From: Vicinamibacterales bacterium
GTDB lineage: Bacteria; Acidobacteriota; Vicinamibacteria; Vicinamibacterales; 2-12-FULL-66-21
Assembly: GCA_035700625.1 (NCBI GenBank)
Contig: DASSOM010000260.1
Span: 1 to 45,708 of the forward strand
DNA length: 45,708 nucleotides
Direction of reading: 5' to 3'
Position numbers and translations under genes: made by a program. The notes under the pieces were generated by a model. It searched no databases. It was not told the origin of the DNA and saw nothing but the letters and a program-made list of their open reading frames with translations. Positions 34,466 to 41,402 of this stretch are shown here, in pieces; position 1 is the first letter of the stretch; every line of letters starts with the position of its first letter.

Positions 34466-36919
34466 ATGGCATTCCTCCAGGATGTGCTCCAGGACTTGCG
34501 GTATGGGGTTCGAACGCTGGCACGAGCCCCCGGGTTTGCGGCCGTCGCCATCCTGACTCTGGCGCTCGGCGTCGGCGCGAACGCCGCCATGTTCAGCGTC
34601 GTCAACGCCGTGCTGCTGCGGCCGCTGCCCTGGAGTCAGCCGGATCGCGCCGTCATGATCTGGAGCCGCTGGGTGTCGTTCGACAAGACGTGGGTCGCGG
34701 AAGGGGAGGTCATCGATTACCGCCGGCGCAATCGGACGATGACCGAGGTGGCCGCGTGGTCGGACGGCCAGGTGAACCTGACCGGCGGGGGTGTCGAGCC
34801 CGAGCGCGTCGCGGCCGGCACCGTCACGGCCAACACGTTCTCCACGTTCGGCGTGTCCCCGATTCGCGGGCGCGTGTTCACGTCCGCCGAAGATGTGCCC
34901 AACGGGCCGAACGTCGCGGTCATCGGGTACGGCTTGTGGCAGCGGCGGTTCGCGGGGGACGAATCGATCGTCGGACGATCGATCCAGATCAACGGCGCGC
35001 CGTACACCGTCCTTGGCGTGATGCCGCCGGATTTCGTGCTGCCGACCGATTTCGAGAATCCGTCGCCCAGCGTGCTGTGGACGCCGCTGCAGCTCGATCC
35101 CTCGAGCACCGATCACGGGAGCCACGGCTACTACGCCGCCGGACGCCTGCGCGACGGCGTGAGCGTCGAGCAGGCACGGGAAGATCTGCACCGCATCGCG
35201 CAGGAGATGATCGCCGAAGGTCTGTATCCCCCGCAGATGCAGTTCGACACCGTCGTGCTCTCGCTGCGCGACGAGATCGTCGGGACGATTCGCCGTGCGG
35301 TCTGGCTGCTCTTCGGCGCCGTCGCATTCCTGCTGCTGATTGCGTGCGCGAACGTGGCGAATCTGCTGCTCGCGCGGGCCGAGGCGCGTCAGCGCGAGAT
35401 CGCCGTCCGCGCCGCGCTCGGCGCAGGGCGCGCGCGCGTGCTGCGGCAGCTGCTGACCGAAAGCGCGGTGCTTGCCGGGATCAGCGCTGCGCTCGGCCTG
35501 GCGCTCGCCTCGTGGGGCGTGCGGCTGCTCGCGTGGTGGAATCCTGCGGGCATTCCCCGCGTGGCGCAAGCCGGCATCGACGTTCGCGTCCTGCTTTTCA
35601 CCGTCGGCGCGGCGCTGCTCACCACGATCGTCTTCAGCCTCGCGCCCGCCGTCCGCCTGCTGAAGACGGATCTCAACGAGTCGATGAAGGAAGGCGGATC
35701 GAATGCGACCACGGGCGGCGCGCGCCAGCGATTCCGCAATGGCCTCGTCGTCGCCGAGATGGCGCTGGCTGTCGTCCTGCTCATCGGCGCGGGACTGATG
35801 CTCAGATCGCTCTGGTCGCTGCAGCGGATCGATCTCGGGTTCACGCCGTCCAGCGTGCTCACGATGCGCGTCGCGCTGCCGTCGGCCTCGTATGAGTCGG
35901 CCGAACAGGTCGTCGGCTTCTACCAGCGTCTGATGGAGCGAATCAGACAGATTCCAGGTGTCACGGAAGCGGGGGCGGCGCGTTCGCTGCCGCTGGGATC
36001 GACGATTGGGGACTTCGGACTCAACGTGGACGGCTACGTCCCTCCGCCGGGCAGCCACGCCAAAGGGGACTGGCAGATCGCGACCGACGGGTACCTCGAG
36101 GCGATGGACGAGCAGATCGTCCGCGGCCGCGGGCTCACGGCGCACGACACGTCCGACAGCCAGCTCGTCGCCGTCGTCAACGAACAGATGGCGCGCGAGT
36201 ACTGGGCGGGCCGCGACGCCATCGGCGGCCGTTTCCGGATCGGGATGAATCCGAGCCGTCCGTGGGTCACGGTCGTCGGCATCGTTCGCAACGTTCGGCA
36301 CAATGGTGTCGCCGGCGAGGTGAAGGAGAAGTTCTACGTGCCGCACACGCAGTGGCACAAGTCCGTCGGGAATCCCATTCGCGCCATGACGCTCGTCGTC
36401 CGCGACGGCGGCAACCCGTCCGCGCTCACGGCGCCGATCCGCGACGCGATTCGTCAGCTGGATCCCAACCTCCCGGTCGCCGACGTGCGAACGATGGATG
36501 ACGTCGTCGGCGCGTCGCTGTCGGCGCCGCGCTTCACGAGCCTGCTGCTGGGGATGTTCGCGGCGCTCGCGCTGACGCTCTCCGCGGTCGGCATCTACGG
36601 GGTGCTGTCGTACGTCGTGAGCCGGCGCGCTCGCGAGATCGGCATCCGGATGGCCGTCGGCGCGGATGCCCCGCGTGTGCTTCGCATGGTGCTGGGCAGC
36701 GGTCTGCTGCTCTCGGGGATCGGCCTGATCATCGGGCTCGCCGCGGCCGTCCCGGCGGCCGGACTGATGCGTGGGCTGCTGCACGGGATCACACCGCTCG
36801 ATCCCGCGACGTTCGCAACTGTGGCGGTGGTGCTGACGGCAGTCGCGCTTGGCGCGAGCGCTGTCCCTGCCTGGCGCGCCACGCGCGTGGACCCGGTGAT
36901 CGCGTTGAAAGCAGAGTAG
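34466..36919 (+). CDS. ADOP-family duplicated FtsX/MacB-type ABC transporter permease
   Basis: 817-aa ORF. The N-terminus MAFLQDVLQDLRYGVRTLARAPGFAAVAILTLALGVGANAAMFSVVNAVLLRPLPW is the hallmark of the acidobacterial duplicated orphan permeases. There are two FtsX-like 4-TM halves. Confidence 0.9.
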   Translation: MAFLQDVLQDLRYGVRTLARAPGFAAVAILTLALGVGANAAMFSVVNAVLLRPLPWSQPDRAVMIWSRWVSFDKTWVAEGEVIDYRRRNRTMTEVAAWSDGQVNLTGGGVEPERVAAGTVTANTFSTFGVSPIRGRVFTSAEDVPNGPNVAVIGYGLWQRRFAGDESIVGRSIQINGAPYTVLGVMPPDFVLPTDFENPSPSVLWTPLQLDPSSTDHGSHGYYAAGRLRDGVSVEQAREDLHRIAQEMIAEGLYPPQMQFDTVVLSLRDEIVGTIRRAVWLLFGAVAFLLLIACANVANLLLARAEARQREIAVRAALGAGRARVLRQLLTESAVLAGISAALGLALASWGVRLLAWWNPAGIPRVAQAGIDVRVLLFTVGAALLTTIVFSLAPAVRLLKTDLNESMKEGGSNATTGGARQRFRNGLVVAEMALAVVLLIGAGLMLRSLWSLQRIDLGFTPSSVLTMRVALPSASYESAEQVVGFYQRLMERIRQIPGVTEAGAARSLPLGSTIGDFGLNVDGYVPPPGSHAKGDWQIATDGYLEAMDEQIVRGRGLTAHDTSDSQLVAVVNEQMAREYWAGRDAIGGRFRIGMNPSRPWVTVVGIVRNVRHNGVAGEVKEKFYVPHTQWHKSVGNPIRAMTLVVRDGGNPSALTAPIRDAIRQLDPNLPVADVRTMDDVVGASLSAPRFTSLLLGMFAALALTLSAVGIYGVLSYVVSRRAREIGIRMAVGADAPRVLRMVLGSGLLLSGIGLIIGLAAAVPAAGLMRGLLHGITPLDPATFATVAVVLTAVALGASAVPAWRATRVDPVIALKAE

Positions 36920-36931
36920 AATTCCGCTCGC

Positions 36932-38077
36932 TTGTCCGAGCGCCTCTTCACGCCGCGCTTCTTCGTGATGTGCGGCTTTACGTTCACGGTCTTTCTGTCC
37001 GCGTTTCAACTGCTGCCGACCGCGCCGTTCCACATCGTCGCGCTTGGCGGCAGTACGTTCGCTTCCGGACTGTTCCTCGGATTCCTCACGTACGCGTCGG
37101 CGTTTTCGGCACCGCTCACGGGCGCGTTTGCCGATCGCGTCGGCTCGACGCGCATTCTGCTCGTCTCGAGCCTCGCGTTGGCCGCGTTTTCGATTGCGTA
37201 CGCCGTGATCGACGACTACCGCGTGCTGCTCGCGCTGGTGCTCGTGCATGGCGTGTTCTGGTCGGGGCTGCTGTCCGCGTCCGCGGCCTACCTGACGAAC
37301 ATGCTGCCGGAGCGGCGGCGCGCGGAAGGGATCGGCTATTGGGGATTGTCGTCCGTCGCCGCCATCGCGGTGGCCCCGTCGATCGGCTTCTGGGTCTTTC
37401 AGCTCGGGTGGAAGACGCTGTGTCTCGAAGCGGCGGCGCTCAACCTCGTCATGGCGGCGATCGCCTGGCGACTGCCCGCCCAGGCGGCGGCGCCCGTCCG
37501 CCGCGAGCGGCGCCGCGCCGGCGTCCTCGAGTGGCGCGTGTTCGTCGTCTCGCTGTCGCTGTTTCTGTATTCGTTCGGCTACGGCGGCATCACGAGCTTT
37601 ACCGCGATGTATGCCGATGCCGCCGGCGTGTCGCCGAAAAGCCTGTATCTCACGGCGCTGGCCGTTGTCGTGCTCGTCACGCGTCCGCTCGCCGGGCGCC
37701 TTGGCGATCGGCTCGGCTACGAGCGCGTGCTCGTGCCCTGTCTCGTGCTGATCGCCATCGGCCTCGGCTGCCTCGCGATCGGCGGATCGCTTGGGTGGGT
37801 GCTGACGTCCGCGCTGATTTTCGGGACAGGGTTCGGGACCGCGTATCCCGTCTTCGTCGGCTACGTGATGAAGTACGTCACCGCCGAGCGGCGCGGCGCC
37901 GCGTTCGGCGCCATCCTTGCCGCGTTCGACACGGGCATCGGCACCGGTTCGACCGCGATGGGCTGGCTCGTCGAGCAGCACGGCTTCCGCACCGCGTTCG
38001 GCGTCGCCGCCGTCCTCTCCGCCATCGCCCTGCCGTATTTCCTCGCCGTCCGCCGGGTGCTCCGGGGTCAGGTCTGA
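36932..38077 (+). CDS. MFS transporter
   Basis: 381-aa ORF with a TTG start per the track; the start is uncertain. It has about 12 hydrophobic segments and an MFS loop motif GAFADRVGSTR. The stop codon lies inside the first repeat of the palindromic element. Confidence 0.8.
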   Translation: MSERLFTPRFFVMCGFTFTVFLSAFQLLPTAPFHIVALGGSTFASGLFLGFLTYASAFSAPLTGAFADRVGSTRILLVSSLALAAFSIAYAVIDDYRVLLALVLVHGVFWSGLLSASAAYLTNMLPERRRAEGIGYWGLSSVAAIAVAPSIGFWVFQLGWKTLCLEAAALNLVMAAIAWRLPAQAAAPVRRERRRAGVLEWRVFVVSLSLFLYSFGYGGITSFTAMYADAAGVSPKSLYLTALAVVVLVTRPLAGRLGDRLGYERVLVPCLVLIAIGLGCLAIGGSLGWVLTSALIFGTGFGTAYPVFVGYVMKYVTAERRGAAFGAILAAFDTGIGTGSTAMGWLVEQHGFRTAFGVAAVLSAIALPYFLAVRRVLRGQV

Positions 38078-38315
38078 GATCCGCCCCTTCGGGGGGTCAG
38101 GTCTGGCCGCTGCTTCGCCGGGGGTCAGGTCTTCTTTCGATCGCGGCGGGGTCAGACGCCGCCACGAACGCCGAATTGGCCGATAAACCGCTGTCTCGCC
38201 CGTTCCACGCGACGGTGTTCAGACCTGACCCCGCAGCGCCCGATCGCAGACCTGACCCCGAAGCGGCGGTTTGCAGACCTGACCCCCCGGAGCGGCCGAT
38301 CTCAGACCTGACCCC
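38064..38315. repeat. 252-bp palindromic repeat element: four direct copies of GGGGTCAGGTCT (the fourth degenerate) and four inverted copies
   Basis: Copies lie at 38064, 38093, 38121 and 38148 (degenerate). Reverse complements lie at 38221, 38248, 38275 and 38304. The spacings are 29/28/27 and 27/27/29. The outer 18 nt are perfect inverted repeats (38064-38081 / 38298-38315). Confidence 0.9.
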
Positions 38316-38775
38316 CCAGGGGGATGATTTCCGCCTCCGCGTGGTGATTGGCGATCGTGAGGCGGGCGATGCTGGGGTGGACGTTGAACCGGCGCGGACC
38401 GGCGGCGCCGGGGTTGACGACGAGGCGGGGGCCGGCGCGATGGATCACGGCCTGGTGCGTGTGGCCGAAGATGATGACGTCCGCGTCGTAGCGCGCGAGC
38501 AGCTTCTCCGGCGTGGGCGCGCCCAGCTCGTGTCCGTGGCTGACGTGCACCATGAGGCCGCCGAGATCCAGATCGAGCCGCGCCGCGAGATGCGGATCGC
38601 CGGCCGGATCGACGTTGCCGTAGACGGCGTGCACGGGGGCGATCGCGCGCAGCTCGTCGAGCACCGACTGGCCTCCGACGTCGCCTGCGTGGAGAATGAG
38701 CTCGACGCCCGCCAGCGCGCCGAAGAGCTCCGGCCGTACGAGCGCGTGTGTGTCCGACACGAGGCCGATCAACAT
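38302..38775 (-). CDS. YfcE/MJ0936-family metallophosphoesterase
   Basis: MLIGLVSDTH...HAGD...GNVD...HGH...GHTH is the calcineurin-like phosphoesterase motif series. The ATG at 38775 is preferred over the TTG at 38781. The stop lies inside the last repeat. Confidence 0.85.
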   Translation of the reverse strand: MLIGLVSDTHALVRPELFGALAGVELILHAGDVGGQSVLDELRAIAPVHAVYGNVDPAGDPHLAARLDLDLGGLMVHVSHGHELGAPTPEKLLARYDADVIIFGHTHQAVIHRAGPRLVVNPGAAGPRRFNVHPSIARLTIANHHAEAEIIPLGGQV

Positions 38776-39655
38776 GATCAACGATGCCCACTGCCACTTC
38801 TTCTCGTCAAGCTTCCTCGAGCGGCTGGCCCCGGACGGCGGCGGCGCGGACGCGCTCGCGCGCCGGCTCGGATGGGACGCGCCCGGCGACGCCGCGGCGC
38901 TGGCGGATCGCTGGGTCCGCGAGCTGGACGAGCACGGCGTCAGCCGCGCCGCGCTGATCGCGAGCGTCCCCGGCGACGAGGCGTCCGTTGCCGCGGCCGT
39001 CGCCCGTCATCCCTCCCGCTTCGTCGGCTTCTTCATGGTCAATCCGACGCAGCCGGACGCCTCGCAGGTATTGTCGCGCGCCTTCGGCGACCTGAAGCCG
39101 CGGACGGCCTGCCTCTTTCCCGCCATGCACGGCTACCGATCGGACGACGAGCGGGTCGGGATGGTGTTCGAGGCGGCGAGCCGGAACGGCGGCGCCGTGT
39201 TCGTCCACTGTGGCGTGCTGACGATCGGCGTGCGCGCGAAGCTCGGGCTGCCGAGCCGCTTCGACTTCCGGCTCGGCGATCCGCTCGGCGTCGCGAAGGT
39301 CGCGTCGGCCTGGCCGCAGGTGCCGGTCATCATTCCGCACTTCGGCGCCGGGTTCCTGCGCGAGGCGCTGATGGCCGCCGCCCAGTGCGCGTCGATCCAT
39401 CTCGACACCTCCAGCTCGAACGGCTGGACGCGCTTCCATCCGGGACTCTCGCTGAACGACGTCTTCCGGCAGGCGCTGTCGGTGGCCGGCGCCAGCCGCT
39501 TGCTGTTCGGCACCGATTCATCGTTCTTTCCGCGCGGGTGGCAGCGCGCGATCTTCGACGCCCAGCGCCAGATCCTCGAGATGCTCGGCGTGAAGGATGC
39601 CGAACGCGCGCAGATCCTGGGCGGCAACTTCGATCGCCTCTTCCCCCGCATATAA
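38774..39655 (+). CDS. Amidohydrolase-family (TIM-barrel metal-dependent hydrolase, amidohydrolase_2-like) protein
   Basis: The internal ATG 38774 gives MINDAHCHFF (the HxH metal motif at the N-terminus is typical of this family). FGTDSSFFPRG lies near the C-terminus. The track ORF from 38696 is an antisense extension. Confidence 0.7.
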   Translation: MINDAHCHFFSSSFLERLAPDGGGADALARRLGWDAPGDAAALADRWVRELDEHGVSRAALIASVPGDEASVAAAVARHPSRFVGFFMVNPTQPDASQVLSRAFGDLKPRTACLFPAMHGYRSDDERVGMVFEAASRNGGAVFVHCGVLTIGVRAKLGLPSRFDFRLGDPLGVAKVASAWPQVPVIIPHFGAGFLREALMAAAQCASIHLDTSSSNGWTRFHPGLSLNDVFRQALSVAGASRLLFGTDSSFFPRGWQRAIFDAQRQILEMLGVKDAERAQILGGNFDRLFPRI

Positions 39656-39665
39656 TCCGCAGCAT

Positions 39666-41402
39666 ATGCCTCAGCGAATGACCGCCCGCTCTCTGACCAT
39701 CTTTCTCCTGCTGGCGCTGACCGCCGGCGGACTCGCCAGCGTCGCCGCCTGCTCGTCTTCTTCCTCGGCGCAGCAGACGCCCGCGGATCTCGTCCTCACC
39801 AACGGCCGGATCGTGACCGTCGAAGACGCGCAGCCGGAAGCGCAGGCGATCGCCATCCGCGGGGACCGCATCGCCGCGCTCGGCACGTCGGACGCCATGC
39901 AGGCGTACGTCGGACCGAACACGAAAGTGATCGATCTGCACGGCCAGCTCGCGATCCCCGGCTTCATCGAGAGCCACGGCCACTTCAGCGGCGTCGGCGA
40001 GATGAAGCTGGAACTCGACCTCACCAAGGCCAACACCTGGGACGACATCGTCGCGATGGTTGCGGAGGCGGTGAAGAAGGCGAAGCCGGGCGAATGGATT
40101 CACGGCCGCGGCTGGCATCAGGAGAAGTGGGCGGCGCCGCCCCAGCCCAACGTCGAAGGCTTTCCGACGCACGCGTCGCTCGACCGGGTGGCTCCCGACA
40201 ACCCGGTGGTGCTCACGCACGCGAGCGGGCACGCGACGTTCGTCAATGCCAAGGCGATGGAGCTGTCGCACATTACTCGCGACACGAAGAATCCCGCCGG
40301 CGGTGAAATCCTGAAGGACGCGGCGGGCGATCCCATCGGCCTCCTGCGCGAACGCGCGTCGGGCCTGATCGACGAGCCGGAGCTTCAGGGGGCCGAACGC
40401 GAGGCGCACAGGCGCAAGGTGCTGGAGCTGGCGGCGCAGGAGGCGCTCTCGAAAGGGATCACGACGTTCGAGGACGCGGGTTCGCCGCTGGCGCTCATCG
40501 ATCTGATGAAGAAGATGGTGGACGAGGGGCACATGCCGGTCCGCCTGTGGGTCATGGTGCGGCAGCCGAACGAGATCATCGGTCCGAAGCTCGCGCAGTA
40601 CCGCATGATCGACTACGGCAACGGCCATCTGACCGTGCGCGCGATCAAGAAGCAGATTGACGGCGCGCTCGGATCGCGCGGCGCCTGGCTGCTCGAGCCC
40701 TACGCGGACAAGCCGGACAGCAGCGGCATCAACACCAGTTCGGTCGCCGAGATCGAAGAGACGGCGCGCCTCGCGATGCAGAACGGCTACCAGCTGTGCG
40801 TGCACGCGATCGGCGATCGCGCCAACCGCGAGACGCTCGACATCTTCGAGCGCGCGTTCAAGGCGAATCCGGACAAGAAGGAGCTGCGGTGGCGCGTCGA
40901 GCACGCGCAGCACCTGAGCGCGCAGGACATCCCGCGCTTCGGCCAGCTCGGCGTCATCGCGTCGATGCAGGGGATCCACTGCACGTCGGACGCGCCGTAC
41001 GTGATCGCGCGGCTCGGCCGCGAGCGCGCCGAGGAAGGCGCCTACGTGTGGCAGAAACTGATGAAGAGCGGCGCGACGATCGCCAACGGCACCGACGCGC
41101 CGGTCGAGGACGTGAATCCCATCCCGAACTTCTACGCGTCGGTGAGCCGCAAGCTGAAGGACGGGACGGTCTTCTTTCCCGATCAGCGGATGACGCGCAT
41201 GGAGGCGCTGAAGTCGTACACGATCAACGGCGCGTACGCGGCGTTCGAGGAAGAGAATCGCGGCTCGCTGAAGCCCGGCAAGTACGCGGACGTCACCGTG
41301 CTGTCGAAAGACATCCTGACGATTCCGGAGGACGAAATTCCGTCGGCGAAGGTCGTCTATACCATCGTCGGCGGGAAGGTCGTGTACGAAGCGGCCCGCT
41401 GA
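39666..41402 (+). CDS. Amidohydrolase_3 (YtcJ-like) metal-dependent hydrolase, lipoprotein
   Basis: The internal ATG 39666 gives MPQRMTARSLTIFLLLALTAGGLASVAAC (lipobox). PGFIESHGHF, VHAIGDRAN and NGTDAPVE are family motifs. Confidence 0.85.
   Translation: MPQRMTARSLTIFLLLALTAGGLASVAACSSSSSAQQTPADLVLTNGRIVTVEDAQPEAQAIAIRGDRIAALGTSDAMQAYVGPNTKVIDLHGQLAIPGFIESHGHFSGVGEMKLELDLTKANTWDDIVAMVAEAVKKAKPGEWIHGRGWHQEKWAAPPQPNVEGFPTHASLDRVAPDNPVVLTHASGHATFVNAKAMELSHITRDTKNPAGGEILKDAAGDPIGLLRERASGLIDEPELQGAEREAHRRKVLELAAQEALSKGITTFEDAGSPLALIDLMKKMVDEGHMPVRLWVMVRQPNEIIGPKLAQYRMIDYGNGHLTVRAIKKQIDGALGSRGAWLLEPYADKPDSSGINTSSVAEIEETARLAMQNGYQLCVHAIGDRANRETLDIFERAFKANPDKKELRWRVEHAQHLSAQDIPRFGQLGVIASMQGIHCTSDAPYVIARLGRERAEEGAYVWQKLMKSGATIANGTDAPVEDVNPIPNFYASVSRKLKDGTVFFPDQRMTRMEALKSYTINGAYAAFEEENRGSLKPGKYADVTVLSKDILTIPEDEIPSAKVVYTIVGGKVVYEAAR

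Noticed and set aside
34418-37981. 1187-aa minus-strand ORF, the longest in the track
   Set aside because: It is entirely antisense to the well-supported ADOP permease and MFS genes. Its composition is dominated by Arg/Asp/Gly/Ala/Pro/His and no motif is recognisable. This is the typical shadow ORF of GC-rich DNA, where stop codons are rare in the antisense frame.
38064-38315. Regularly spaced repeats considered as a CRISPR array
   Set aside because: The repeat unit is only about 12 nt (18 at most). The copies switch orientation in the middle, the so-called spacers are partly complementary to one another, and no cas genes are present. The pattern is a palindromic element, not CRISPR.
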